NCBI GenBank assembly: GCA_002269645.1
Contig: NIVC01000717.1
Span: 248,001 to 312,000, forward strand
Length of the DNA stretch: 64,000 nt
Reading direction: 5' to 3'
DNA from: Macrostomum lignano
Taxonomy: Eukaryota
Of the stretch, positions 29,055 to 50,100 are shown one piece after another. Numbering within the stretch: position 1 is the stretch's first letter; each line of letters opens with the position of its first letter. The translations under genes and the position numbers were made by a program. The notes under the pieces were generated by a model. The model ran no database searches. It was not told the DNA's origin and worked only from the letters and a program-made list of their open reading frames with translations.

Positions 29055-29820
29055 AGATTGTAATCGATAGCGCAAAGGATCAAATGGAGATGGCGCCATG
29101 ATTGATTGGGATGGCACCAAGATTGAATAGAGATGGCGCTAAGATTGATTCGAGATGGCGCCAAGATTGAGTGGAGATGGCGCCAAGAATGAATAGAGAC
29201 GGCGCCAAGATTGATTCCAGATGGCGCCAAGATTGATTGGAGATGGCGCCAAGATTGAATAGAGATAGCGCTAAGATTGAGTGAAGATGGCGCCAAGAAT
29301 CAGTAAAGATGGCGCCAATAATCAGTGAAAATGGCGCCAAGAATCAATGAAAATGGCGCTAAGAATCAGTGAAAATGCCGCCAAGAATCGATTATGGCAC
29401 CAATATTGAGTGAAGATGGCGCCAAGAATCAGTAAAGGTGGCGCCAAGAATCAGTAAAGATGGCGCCAAAAATCAGTGAAGATGGCGCCAAGAATCAATG
29501 AAAATGGCGCTAAGAATCAGTGAAGATGCCGCCAAGAATCGATTATGGCACCAATATTGAGTGAAGATGGCGCCAAGAATCAATGAAAATGGCGCCAAGA
29601 ATCAGTGAAGATGGCGCCAAAAATCAGTAAAGATGGCGCCAAGAATCGATGAAGATGGCGCCAAGATTGAATAGAGATGGCGCCAAAAATCAGCAAAGAT
29701 GGCGCCAAGAATCGATGAAAATGTCGCCAAGAATCAGTGAAGATGGCGCAAAGAATCAGTGAAGATGGCGCCAAGAATCAGTGAAGATAGCGCAAAGAAT
29801 CAGTGAAGATGGCGCCAACG
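29055..29820. repeat. Degenerate ~21-bp tandem repeat built on (A/G)ATGGCGCCAA
   Basis: There are repeated aagatggcgccaagaatcagtg-type units, ~35 copies, downstream of RPS8. Confidence 0.85.
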
Positions 29821-30053
29821 ATATGCAGTGTCGGTGCTTGAGCAAAGAATGAAGACAATTGGCACGATAACTAGGTTTTTTCTTCCAGAGCAAACAAGAG
29901 CGCTAAATTGCAAATTACCGAAACGCACTGCCTTACATCTCAATGCTTTATTAAGCTTAGATTTAAATTTCTCTTAATCAACCGATCGAAAAAAGACACC
30001 AAAGACTGGATAGAGTCGTTGCCAAGCTCCAGCGCCAAGCCATGCATCTAAAA

Positions 30054-30407
30054 CTACTTGGTCTTCTTAGCGCGAATCTTTCTCAGGTAGAAGTCCAACT
30101 CTTTGCCCTCCAGGATGTAGCCGTCCGCTCTGCCGCACTGGCCAGGCCGGGAGGTGAGGCAGGCGTACAGGCGGCCGCTGGCGAACTGCTCTAGCAGGGC
30201 TGGCGGCACCTCGGCCTGCGGAGCGTTCGGTTTTGGCATTATCGATTCATTGATTTATTTTCTAAACTGATGCTGGCTTAAACAGTCCACGTTTTCTACT
30301 ATGACCAGTAGTCAGTTAAGACTTTCTTTATTTCATTAACGGAAATCAGGTAGGGCCACCTGTCTATCTATCTACCAGTATCTATTCATCTGTCTATCAT
30401 TTATCTG

Positions 30408-30458
<51 letters not shown>

Positions 30459-30545
30459 GTCTATCTATCTATCTATCTATGTATCTATCTATCTATCTAT
30501 CTATGTATCTATCTATCTATCTGTCTATCCATCTATCTGTCTATG

Positions 30546-30578
<33 letters not shown>

Positions 30579-30579
30579 G

Positions 30580-30620
<41 letters not shown>

Positions 30621-30650
30621 GTATCTATCTATCTATCTATCTGTCTATCC

Positions 30651-30729
<79 letters not shown>

Positions 30730-31295
30730 GATCAATGATATTCAGACGCCAACAAGAACCGCACCTTCTTCTGCCTCTCCAGGTACTTCTTCATGGTTTT
30801 CTTGCTGCGGGTGAATGAGATGGGGCCACCGGCAGCGCCAGGATCGGCGCCCTCCTTGTCGGCGCCATCGGCAGGTTTGTCGGCGGCTTTAGGGGCGGAC
30901 TTCTTCTCCTTCTTGCGAGCCAATGGCAGCAGATAGTGCGACTCGAACCACTGACGGAATGGTGTAGCGTCAATCAGCACGATGGCATTTTTAACCAGAG
31001 TCTTGGTGCGCACCAGCTCATTGTTGCTAGCATTATACACTGTGTCGATAATGCGGGTTTTCCGAGCGACGCCTCTCGATGGCCAGCTGAAATTGCCGGT
31101 GTCCAACCGGAGACCTCGCAGCTTGATACCGCCGCCGCGGACTCGAACCGTGTGCACTCGCTTCACTGTGCCAGCCAGGGCAATCTTTGTGAGGCTGGGC
31201 GGCCGGCCCAGTTCGAACTTGCGCTTCTTACGCAGCTGTTCTCGGCGACCGCCTGTCTTACGGCGCTTGTGGGTTCGGTCTCGGGTGATGCCCAT
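30054..31295 (-). CDS. RPS8: 40S ribosomal protein S8 (eS8), 230 aa, 2 exons
   Basis: Exons are 30765-31295 and 30054-30215 (phase 0, AAG|GTGCGG..CCGCAG|GCC). Motifs: [78 protein letters not shown]. Confidence 0.98.
30361..30729. repeat. (TCTA)n microsatellite in the RPS8 intron
   Basis: Direct inspection. Confidence 0.97.
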
Positions 31296-34200
31296 GTTTG
31301 CATGCAATGAAAGTTTTATCATAGAAAATTAATACAACTACGAGATACTTCAGCTTTGTTTTACTGTAGTCTTTGTATCAAAATAGTTAAAGATTGTTTG
31401 TGGTCAAATTTTGAAGAGGACTGGTAAAACTGGAGCGGCGCTATGGAGGATTTAGTGAAAAACTTGGCACTTTTTAGCAGTTTTTTTGCACTTTTAGGTA
31501 GGAAGACTTGGATTCAGGAAATTTTAAGGTAGCCTAAGACTTTCTTCATAGTGAGTTTAGGGTGGGTGCAAAATTTGGTGCAATTTGGTTTTTGGTTGAG
31601 CAGTTTGGGAGTCCATGGTGAACAAATTTGTACACAAACAATATTCAACTATACAAGCTTTATGCCTGGTATATATGATATGTATTTTGTATTTACATAT
31701 ACAAATTTGTATACACAGAGACAGTGTTTTCATTTTTATAGGTATAGCTAGCATAATACTAAATAACTATCAAAGAATGCATTAGAAGTTTAAAAAAAAT
31801 ATCATATAAACCTTTTAGAACAAAATGTTTTAAAAGCCTAAATATAGTAACTTGTTAATATAAAAATAGATTAGTGCATTTATCTACACTTTTTTATAAA
31901 AGGTTATAAATATAGTAATTAAAAATAAAGAAACTTACTTTAAATATTTTGATGCAATACTAACTTTTAATAGTCCTTATGATCAACATTAGCTTATAAC
32001 TTAATCTAAACTATGTTATTATAATGAATTATCTTTCAATACCATTAAATTAGGCTTAACATAACATTTAGACAGATAGACAGATACAAGGGGGCTTAAA
32101 GTTCCTAAAAAATGTAGCTTAAAAATGTGCAAATCAAACAAAACCTAACTAGCTGTTAAGAGTTAGATATTTTACATTTGCTTTTAAAATTTAAGCTCAA
32201 TTAGTTCTAATGATATGCCACATTGCAATAGCCAAATTTTGGCTATTGCAAAGTTGCGCCATCCTAGGACCTAGTTGATAGTGTATAGGTGGGTGGTTTG
32301 CATGCTTTTGCTGCGGCTTAACCATAACCACTGGATTATCCTTGCAAGACAAAGGGCAAGTTGTTGCTACTACTTAATGCCACATAGATAAAGATCGGCA
32401 AGTGATAAATTGCTAGTTGGAGCAACTTGTTGGGATGTTGGATTCTACCATCATTAAGATCTTGCAATAGCACCTTGACTTGACATGTCTACTTGCTAAG
32501 AACCTCAGCATAGACAGATACAAGCCTATGTGGAGTTTGCAAACCTTATAGCAAGCAACCAGGTTTGACAAAGGCTGCTCAAAGTTGGTAGATAACATCT
32601 GACATTGGTGATGAAATCTAGGGCAGGGCTAGGCCTAGGTCCAAGGTGCCCGCAGATTTTGAGCAAGTAAAAAAAGGAGACTCTTTGACTGATACCAAAA
32701 TAAAGGAGATTTAATTTGGTAATGTAACAATATAGACCTAAACATACATCACTTATTTGTTGTTTATGCTTCAAAAAAAACTATTATAACCTGCAGATTT
32801 TGAACCCACTGAGTTCCAATCACTAGAACAATATTTTTAAATCTGAAGTCATAGGCCTACTCCAACAAAAACCTATTAATAGGCCTTAGTTAGAATAGAG
32901 GTAAATAAAAATTAAAGTAAATTTGTGGTTTGAGGATACATTGATCTTCTTAGTTAGTATTACCATGGACTGACAGGCAGTGTCTATCTAAGGCTTATAT
33001 AAACAAACTCAGGCCTTTTGTCTCTATATCTTTTTATGTCCTTTGGGTGCTCTGAAACTTCTATCTCCTTTTCTGTTTCCTCTTTTCTCTCTTTTTGTCT
33101 TTTCTTTTTTCTTCCCTTTCTCTTGTCCTCTCTACTCTTCTTTCTTATCTTGCTTATCTCCACTCTTTCATTACTCTTTCCTTTCTTCTCTCTGCTCTTT
33201 CATCTTTTTCTTCTCTCTTCTTAGATCTTTCATCTTTCCTCTCTTCTCTCAGATCTCTCATCTTTCCTCTCTTCTTTCAGATCTCTCATCTTTCCTATCT
33301 TCTCTCAGATCTCTCATCTTTCCTTTCTTCTCTCAGCTTTCCAATCTTTCCTCTCTTCTCTTAGCTCTCTTATCTTTATTTTCTTCTCTCAGCTTTCTCA
33401 TCTTTCCTCTCTTCTCTTAGCTCTCCTATCTTTCCTCTGTTCTCTCAGCTTTCCCATCTTTCCTCTTTTCTCTTAGCTCTTTTACATAACTTTAGGCCCT
33501 ATCTAGAAAAATAATACAAGTCATTGGAAAAGTCTTCTTAAAAATGATTATTTAAAAGGACCCTAAACTGATAATATTAAGTATGTATTATGTGCTAAAA
33601 ATCCTAGGACAAGAGCCTAAGAGAAGTAGCTAAAATAAAGGAGAAAGTCCCAAAAATCTTCCAAATAAAGGAGATAAAGGAGATAAAGGAGGGGTTTGCC
33701 AAAAAGAGAATAAAGGAGATAAAGGAGATAAAGGACGTGGTCGCGGACACCCTATAATGTAGGTCTACTTCTACAACCCAAAGACCAAGGAGCAAAGTAG
33801 GCAGTGGGTCACTTGAGCAGTGGGCATGGAGATTCATTTACATAGTGTTTACATTACATGTTAGCTTAGCCTTAGCTGTACTCAGTAGGGCTAGCTAAAA
33901 TTGAAACAAAACTCATTGAAGAACTTTATCCAGACCAACCCGACCTTCTAATTTGCCAAAACAAATAGGGCATATTTTTTAAAGCCTATACTCAAGACTT
34001 GTAATTAGAATCTAGATTAGCCTAGAACTAGATTCCTAGATCAAACCATAATAGACAGGCAGGAGTAGCATTATATATGTCCGATCCGATTTAGAGCACA
34101 AACTAACAGAATACAACCGAATTATTGATTATATAACAACCCTGTTATACTAAAAATGGGAGCAGGCGAAGGCAAGCCTAGTCAAGGAACACGTTATACA

Positions 34201-34780
34201 AGATATTAGATAGGGTCTATGAAATAATCAGTCAAAGATTGAAGACGGAATTGCGCACCTGTAGTGTGCCGGCAATATATAGCTTCATGCGCGCGCGTGA
34301 AAAACTACTACTGTTTAAAAAACAAAAAATATTGCTTTAAAGGAAGTAGTTTAGATTGATATTTTAATACTATAAGTATTTAGTTTTATTAATATCAGCA
34401 ATTAGAATTAGGAATTTATTTTTTCCAAATGTGCATGGACTCTTTGTTATAACTGTAACTACTGTAAATGCTTTTTTTAATAAGGCAGAACGATCAGAAT
34501 AAATTACTCTCACAAAAGAAAAATAGGCCCTAGCTACTGTTACTCAATCCATTGTTATTTATTATTGCAAAGACATATTGAGGTTTTACAGGTATCTTTA
34601 ATCTATAGTGAATAGGCTGCTTAGCTGAAAAATACTGATAGCTTAGCTAATTGCTAGTTATCTCGAACGGACTATCAGACCTACTACTTACACCTTACAC
34701 GTACTTGTTTGATTCTTTGCAATTTAAGTGCTTAGTTTTTACAAATTTTATGCAAATATTTGCTTTAAACTGACTATAAA

Positions 34781-41294
<6,514 letters not shown>

Positions 41295-41789
41295 TCGAAA
41301 TCTTTTCAGATGTTGTTATTTCTTTTTTCTTATCTTCTTTTGAATACGCCTTAAGACAATAAAAGGTTCTATAGGGATTTACATTTTGCTGATGTAAAGA
41401 ATTCGGGAATCTATGAAAACTATAAAGTATGTTTTAATCATATTGTTTTTTACATCATTTAAAAAAACTTTTTGGTGCCTACATGCGTTAATTTTATGTA
41501 TTTCGTTTACATTGCTCATTTTTTTTCGAATTGTAAAAAGCTGCTTTCTTTCAAATTCCTTTCTCTAAAATTGGCCTTGACATATCCGCCGAGCTTTGAG
41601 CTTTGATTTCCGGTTAGGAAAAATTTAACAATTGTAAATTCGTACTCAATGTTTGTGCATGTACATTACACTGTTTAGATACTGTTGTTGTCTTATAATT
41701 CCAAAGAACTAGAAGATCTTGGTTTTAAGACACAGTTGAAGAAAATATTTTATACTTAGATTTAATTTAAGTTTTGTTTATCCTTTAGC

Positions 41790-42400
41790 AAATGTGAGTG
41801 TACAGTGGGGTAAGAGATCTTCAAGTGGATTTACTTGGCCTCAGTGAGTGTACAATTGGGTAAGAGATCTTCAAGTGGATTTACTTGGCCTCAGTGAGTG
41901 TACAGTGGGGTAAGAGATCTTCAAGTGGATTTACTTGGCCTCAGTGAGTGTACAGTGGGGTAAGAGAGCTTCAAGTGGATTTACTTGGCCTCAGTGAGTG
42001 TACAGTGGGGTAAGAGATCTTCAAGTGGATTTACTTGGCCTCAGTGAGTGTACAGTGGGGTAAGAGATCTTCAAGTGGATTTACTTGGCCTCAGTGAGTG
42101 TACAGTGGGGTAAGAGAGCTTCAAGTGGATTTACTTGGCCTCAGTGAGTGTACAGTGGGGTAAGAGATCTTCAAGTGGATTTACTTGGCCTCAGTGAGTG
42201 TACAGTGGGGTAAGAGATCTTCAAGTGGATTTACTTGGCCTCAGTGAGTGTACAGTGGGGTAAGAGATCTTCAAGTGGATTTAATTGGCCTCAGTAAGTG
42301 TGCAATGTGGTAACAGATTTTTACTTGGCGTCAGTGAATGTACAGTGGGGTAAGAGATTTTTAAGTAGATTTAATTGCCTCAGGGTTAGTGCTAGTGTGT
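41790..42400. repeat. 50-bp tandem repeat, ~12 copies
   Basis: The unit is cagtgagtgtacagtggggtaagagatcttcaagtggatttacttggcct. Confidence 0.93.
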
Positions 42401-43074
42401 AAGAGATTTTTAAGTAGATTTAATTGCCTCAGGGTTAGTGTTAGTGTACAGGGCGGGGGGTAAGAGATCCTCCAATTAGAAATAAGTGGGGTAAAAGACT
42501 TCTGAAGACCAGAATAGGTGACATATTTGACTTGGACAGAAACACAAGTAGTAGTCTTTATTTCTGTGTTAGATCACTTTTTGCGTCCGTGCAAAAAATG
42601 AACAAGTACACGTGCAATTCGAGGTACTGTCAATTTTCCACGGGATTTAGCTTTAACTATAGCCAAGACTGTCCGAAAAGACTATCATGAAAGCCTACCA
42701 TTAAGACTTAACTATACTATTAATCTGCGAAAGACGTGTAATCCCGCCTGCGTTAACAACGATCATCGTGTGCTGCTTAAAATTCGAAGTGGATTTTTTT
42801 CGAGCTAAGAACAGCCAATAGAGGTGCAATAATTGGATTTAGAACTGCTTATTAGAGTTGAGAGTGTAGAGAATCTCACTAGTTCGGCCTCGGGTGGACT
42901 AGAGGTATAATTTTCTCTAGGGACTTCATTATTCTAATCAAACAAGGCGATGCCGAATGAAGATGGCATCTAATTACTATACCTGCTTGCCTTCAATCCG
43001 ACAAAACACGAAGCTGACGTAGTTGAGTAGCTGGTTCATAGCTAAAAACTCACCAATATCGCCAAGAAATTCAC

Positions 43075-43600
<526 letters not shown>

Positions 43601-43773
43601 CTAACTATTAACAAAAGAACTATTTTGATTAACAAAAGAACTAAGAGAACTGCTTAACTTTTGGATTTTGTTTATTGGACAGAAGCTAGTTGATTCTGTG
43701 GTAAATTCAGGAATGAATTAAAAGGTACACGTGGTACTGAAAAATATTCATAATGTGCTGGTTAGGGTACAAC

Positions 43774-44347
43774 TTGACTTGACTTAGCTGCAGGGGGCGT
43801 CCGGCGGATGCAGCGAGGAGGCGGAGGAGACCGCCCATTCCGCTAGTCCTAATGACTTCCGTTGAAGTGGTGTCGCTCAGGGGGACCCGTCGGTCTCGCC
43901 TGCAGCGCGGTCCTCCTCACCGACGGTGGGGAAGAAATCAGCTCGTCCCGTGTCCCTGAGGTACCGGGCGAGCAGCGGGATGCTCTCGGGCCTGCAAACG
44001 TCGGAGAGAACCGGGTTTGGCCCGAGGTGAGTGAGCCTGGCCCTGGTGAAAACCGGGCAGTGGCAGATAAAATGCTCGGCGTTTTCACTGCCTGAGCGGC
44101 AGAAGGGGCACCGCTCCTCGGGTACTTGGCCCTGGAGGAAGCGGTGGCGAGAGAAGCAGCCATGCCCGGAGAGGGCCATGCTAACTGCTCTGAGGTCTCT
44201 GCGGTTGAGCCTGAGGAGGGCTCTACGCAGGAGAGGAGAGGGGCAGGGGACGGCTGCCCGGGATTGCCTACAATTCCGGGTGTCGCGCCACCTGCGGAGA
44301 TGCTCGGAGTCAGTCCAGCGCTTAACGCGGGAGTTCATCACCGAGGC
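43774..44347 (-). mobile_element. 5'-truncated non-LTR retrotransposon 3' end (R1/Loa-like), flanked by a 12-bp TSD
   Basis: The minus-strand frame encodes LSGHGCFSRHRFLQG..CPFCRSGSENAEHFICHCPVFTRARLTHLG, a C-terminal knuckle typical of R1/Loa ORF2. A 3' UTR and short (AAGTC)n tail follow. The direct repeat TTAGGGTACAAC lies at 43762-43773 and 44348-44359. Confidence 0.88.
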
Positions 44348-45860
44348 TTAGGGTACAACACTTCTTCTGTCTTATTCTTAGGTGCATGTAACTTGTTACT
44401 GTCAGTTTCGGCCAATATTTTTTGTCATTTCCAGTTGCATAAACAATGGAGCTTAGCGATATGTGTGAAGAAACTGTTCTTTGGGTCCATCCAAAGAGTG
44501 AAATATTCATTAAGAGTTCGATACAAGTTCTAGTGTCACCAGATGATTTTAATCACGGATATAAAAACTACAGGTTCGGCTGGCTTTCGTTAAAGTCTGA
44601 CGTTCTGACTTTCATTTTAATTTCAAACGCGTTCTTATTCCTATACTAGGTATTACCGAGGTCCGTGTTGTCAACGCTATCCGACTGCTCACACTGTTAA
44701 ACTTAAAGGCAGCTTTTTTGCCAAAGAACTCTAGTTAATAGGGGTAGGCGTGATTAGACTTTGCCATATTAAGTTCCTATTTTTACCGTACATTATCTGA
44801 TGATATAATGAAGCAATCCTAACTGGTTGGTAATTTTCTTGGTGTTTTAAGCATTTATAGGGTAGCATTTAATGTTAAGGAAATAGCATCGTAGGCATGA
44901 CGAATACTTGAACATGTCTAGACTAAATAGAAAAGCTAAAGGGCTGGAAAAACTGTAGAACGTGCTCAAATCTCCAGTAGCTAGTCCAGTGTGCACATCA
45001 TTAGTGTACCGCATATCGATCTGCATTTGAATTTTTACCTCGAGAAAGAGATCGACATTTTATTTCGAATGATTTTTCTACATGGTCTCTTGCGTGGCAG
45101 CTTTTTCTCATTAAAATTCTAGTTCAGCATTATTAGTACTGTTTGTCATTTGAAAAACGGTTGCTAAAGGTTCGGTGCATCCGATCGGTTGAGGAATCAA
45201 ATATATTTGTTTGATTTTACGCTCATATTCTGGAAATTTTGTGGCATAGGTAAGTATTTATTAAGTTTGTAGAGCATACAACAACAACTAAGTTACAATT
45301 GATATAAATTCAGATTTCACAGAAACAAAAATGACAGAAATAAGCCTCTAATCAAGTTGGGTTTATAGACGAAGTTGATGTCGATATAACCATACACTCG
45401 TAGTAAGTCATCGGCTATGGGCTAATTATAACAAACTCGACTTTTAGAATTAAGAACACGCAAGACTTCTTGCAAGACACAAGAGATAGCTGAATGACGC
45501 ATGACTCATAATTGATTAAAACTCGTAATCGTCATTGACCAAGCTAAAGTCATTAAAATTAAATAAAACATGAAAAGCAGTTTCAACACGCAGGGGTCAT
45601 CAGCAAAGCTATTGTTTCCGTCACGTCGCTCAGAAGTTGCATGTACCTGTCTACGCTCGTAAAATACAATTGATGCAGTTTTGTGCAAAAAAGGCCCAAG
45701 TGAATTATTAAAATGACCACGGTTTTCTTCCAGTACTTTTACATTCGCTGTGCGAAAAGTTCATGAGCATTGTTCTAGATGACGCCTCAAGCTCATTAAA
45801 AAATATCTTCTTACTATTTCTTAGTGAAAATCCACAAAAACGTCTAAAAACTTCAACACG

Positions 45861-47117
45861 TCAGACAAACGGTTTGACTTCCTCTCTCATTGAAGTGGAA
45901 ATTCTTGACAATTCAACCATCTCAAAGTCCAATGCATTCCGACCGTGATTGCGACCCGGCTGTCGTTCTCGCTGCTCCGACAACCTCTGCACTTGATGCC
46001 TTTGTCGGCAAGTTCCTGACTGGCTCAGCCGGTGCCGACTGCCCCCATTCTGAGTCGGCGGATTCCGTAGCAGCACCTGCCGAAACGTGCTGTTCGTTTT
46101 CATGTAAATGAAGAAGTTGCACGTGGAGTCCAGGTTCAAGCACAGGTTGGTCACCTCAATGGCGTAGGCCATAAAGATGTCCCAAAATTTGCTCTCGTCG
46201 GGCAGCCGGATGCCGACCATCACGGTGAGGAACATCGGCATCTCCAGGCTAACGAAAGTAACCAGCAACAGTTGAACCATTCGAGTGGCTCTGCTCCTGC
46301 GCGCTTGACCATTGCTGAAGTGACATCGATGCAACTGGCTGCTCTGAGTTCGCTGATCCACAGACTGGCTCGTCGACTCGTTGATTAACTGGTTACCAAC
46401 GTTGGTTTCACGTCGCAAAACAATTGTCATAGCAACGGAAACCAGACCGACAATTATCACCGGCAGCACTGCTTGAAAGAACATCGAAGCGAGATAGAAC
46501 CCAGCATAGTTGCTGAAGGGTTCCACCGGCTGCACGCCAACAATGCGTCCAGTACTCGAGCAGAAGTCGTAGTTCTCTTGAAACGCCTTCGGCACTCCGA
46601 AAGCGCAGCTCAACAGTAGGACGCCAATGAAGCTGATCAGAACTGTTCGGTGGCTGAACACTCGTCGAACTCAGTGACGCGAGAACGGTCGCAGGACAAC
46701 TTCGTACCGAGTGACGGCAATGAGAACGATGCACCAGTTCCGAGCCATCAGGAAGGTGTTGGCTATAACCCAGGACACGCTCAGGTAGTCGATGGTTGCC
46801 TTAGCAACCGCGGCAGACGGATAGCTCACCCGGTCACGAAGAATATCCGTGAGCAGACGGATCGTCTGGACGCTGGTCATGCCCAGACTGGCCAGGGACT
46901 CCGTGGCCGACAGGAATAGCAGCAGAATGCGGACTATGCTCTCCTTCTGGCGATGCCAGAGAAACACCAGAAAGCTGATCGTGTTTAGGACCAGATTGAT
47001 TGACCCCAGCGAGATGAAGATTACCTTGAAGATGCCTTTGTAAACAGTTCGCGGATCGTTGATGGTGACATTGGTCAAGGAGCAGTTGTCATCGGTGAGA
47101 GTGACAAATGAAAACAT
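45861..47117 (-). pseudogene. Peptide-type (FMRFamide-receptor-like) GPCR paralogue A; intact 418-codon frame except an in-frame TGA at codon 149 (46671-46673)
   Basis: ORFs 46671..47162 and 45861..46661 are in the same frame. The ATG is at 47117, preceded by the acceptor-like TTACTTACAG. Seven TM segments are present (TM3 IAVTRY, TM7 DSTCNFFIY). Paralogue B has GGA (Gly) at this codon. Confidence 0.8.
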
Positions 47118-50100
47118 TTTACTAGCTGTAAGTAATTGCGTATTTGCGTAAAAGATTGCCAAAAGAAAAGAAATTCTTTAGGGACTTAGGCAAGATATAA
47201 AAGATCTCCCTTTTATGTTGTTTTTGTGCTGATTTGAAACTGGACAAGCAGATGTAAAAAGGAAGAAGTTGGGATGGTTTAGTCAGCCAATGGTAGATCG
47301 ATTTTCCATCCACACAAAGCCACTCATAGCCATGCACGGAGACGCCCTGCCAAGTCATTTTCGGATGCCTCCGGTCATTCTCTAGTTAGGTAACCATCTC
47401 GCGCTGGAGCTATCTATTCATATACAAAGCAACTCTTGATTCAAAATCATTTGCTACGAAAGAAATTGATTGGACTGGTTTGTGAGGCGAAAGCGCACAA
47501 ACCGGCTTTAGTGCCCAGCGCGTTGATTGTACATCGCCGCCTGCCCCCCCCTTTGGGTGGCAGGGGTGTTTTTAAACCCCCGTCGCGCTCTACTGGCGGC
47601 TCACTTTGCCTTCTCGCAGTGAAGTTTTTTTTCGTGTTAAGTTTGCTTTAAGCCAAATATACTCGTAGATTGAAGTTCGAAACACTTTTTTATTGACGGA
47701 GGCCTGCTTCGTTTCTGTGCCAAGTTCGCGTCTTAATGCCTTTGTTGCTGGAAGCACTAATGCAATATCTATGCCTCTGACGATGAAATTTTATCGTTTT
47801 GCGTAGAATGGGGATTCCTAAGATTTTTTCTCTGCACCTTTCAAAGCAGCTAGCAGCTAGGGTTCGGCGAACTTCTGCCCACATGCAGCCCTTGAAGCAT
47901 CTCTATGGAGCTCTCGGGTCATTTGAAACTTCGCAATGGCAATCTGGTCCGCTCAGGGTTTGTGTCGCTTCTCAGCTCCCTTTTCTTCTTTTTCTCCTCT
48001 CCACTCTCTTGTCTCTCTCTCCCCTCATCTCCACCCTCCTCTCATCTGCCCTCTCTCCTTTCTCTTTTCGCTTCTCCTCAATTCCCTTCTTTCCTCTCCT
48101 CTCCCTGGCCCGCAGTCATGCGCTAGATTCTACATTCAGCCCTCAAGTTAAAAAAGTTTGCCGACTTATGTTTTAAAGCTGACATTGCTCATACATGCTC
48201 CCTACTATCTCGCTGTTATGATAGCGTATTACCTCTCCGACCTTCACAGGGATTTTCGTTGTTGCTGTAATTTTTTAAATTGTCGTTTGCTGGTGAAAGA
48301 AATGCTAAATTGCTCAAATGATTAATTTGGTTGCTAACCATGAAAGGGGCGAAGAAACGGTGAACCATGCATGCCAACTTGATCGATAAACCGGATAAGT
48401 TAGACCCCGTACACTTTGAGGAAGTGGTCAGGGTCAATTGGCTTGCTTGATGGAAAGTTGGCCGAATACTACCCAAGCATTGCTATGGACGCATTGCTTT
48501 TAATGGCCCCGGCGTGACGTAGGTCACGTGACTGCACTGTACGCAGCCGGGAATGTACATTTAGAAGTGCCCTGATTAGGCAAATATTGGTATCGTTGCT
48601 TGAATAATGATGAGCTATTGTTGAAAACTTGGCAAACTGTTGGACGGACTTATGTTTGCTGATGTTGCATGATCAACAGTTGCTCCACCGTTGGCAAAAA
48701 AGGTTGGATGCCATCATTTGACTGGCTCAACTGGATTGCCGGCGGTTAAGGTTAGAGTGAATGTTTAGGTTAATTAATGTTTGGAATGTCGTAGACTCTC
48801 AATGTCGGTTTGAATGTCAAGCCTGCAATTAGAATAGGTTCGGGTGATATCCAATGACGGTTTTACTAAACGACTCGAATAACCGTAGAACAAAAATATG
48901 ATGCGCAATGCAGACAAAACAATTCTTTAGAAAGCAATTCTTATTTTAGAAATTGACTGGCTTAGAAAAGAAATGGCGCAATGCAAGCACGCTAGTGCAA
49001 CAAAAGCGAATCGTACATGTATAGAACTGGCTGATTAGCCAACAGGACGAAGACGGAGGCGAGGGCGTGGCGATGAGAACGAAGGGCAGGCGAGGCGAGA
49101 CCGCAAGCAAATGTATTTCGATATATTTAAGATTGAACACATTGAAAATCGCAGGATAAAACAACGGTAGAACAGGATAAAACAGGATAAAAAAGGATAT
49201 AACAGGAAAAAAACATTTTCTCACGCGAGGGCAGGGCGCAATGCACACAGGCCCGCGCACGGGCTTAAATGACCAGCCGCCCCACCACCCTACGCCTCCA
49301 CCCTGACGCCGGCAACAGGGCAGCCCGCGCGCAGGGGCGGCCGTCCTGTCAGCTTAACACGATTACGGCACCGGTACACCAGCACCGAAATCGCAAACAT
49401 ATTGAATAATCACCTCGTATAATTACGAGTTGGGCCTGCCATAGTACTACTGTGACAATATTAGCGCGAGTCTGGTTTACCTTTAGCCAGTGTTGTGTTA
49501 CAGGCCGGATCACTACCCTGACTATCACAGTGAACGAGCCGAAGATGGCGTCAGTCAACTGGCCGGACTGACTTCGGACTCTGAGCGGGGGATCGCGTCA
49601 GGAGACTTGATCAGCCTGTCCCTAATGCACAGATTAATTCCCGCCAGTCCCTCAAATAAAAAAGACACGCGACTCACTCTGTTTCTTCGGGTAACAGCGG
49701 TGGCGGCAGCAGGGGTGGCTTCTCTCAATGTTCTCTCTTCAGTCTATAGAATAGACAGGTATCTAGATTGCAGTATTAGACTTATGGCTGTGACTTGCAC
49801 AATTCAACCAAAAAGATGCCCCCCCCCTATCGCCGCTCCTGCACACATTTATATTTACGCTAGCTGGTTGAGCCCTAGGGTATCGCTACCCAAGGCCCAG
49901 CTAGCCAAAATTACGATCGTCTTATAAAAGTTACAAAGTCGGGGTCGCGATTGGAGGGGGGGAAAGAATACAAACCGATTGGCTGGACCACCAGCCAATC
50001 GCAGGGCGAGCGAGGGGCGCACTGGAGCCGCAGCCAGCCAAAACCGGCTGGCCTAACAGACAGTGGGGTGGGTGCAACTGGAGGGGGTTGACGCAGACAG

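Noticed and set aside
46408-46734. Apparently conserved alternative-frame ORF MHRSHCRH.. (also 61313-61639)
   Set aside because: The similarity simply reflects near-identity of the duplicated GPCR coding DNA.
49490-49927. 145-aa ORF and neighbouring short ORFs at 47400-51900
   Set aside because: They have no recognisable motifs or consistent splice signals and are likely non-coding or TE debris.
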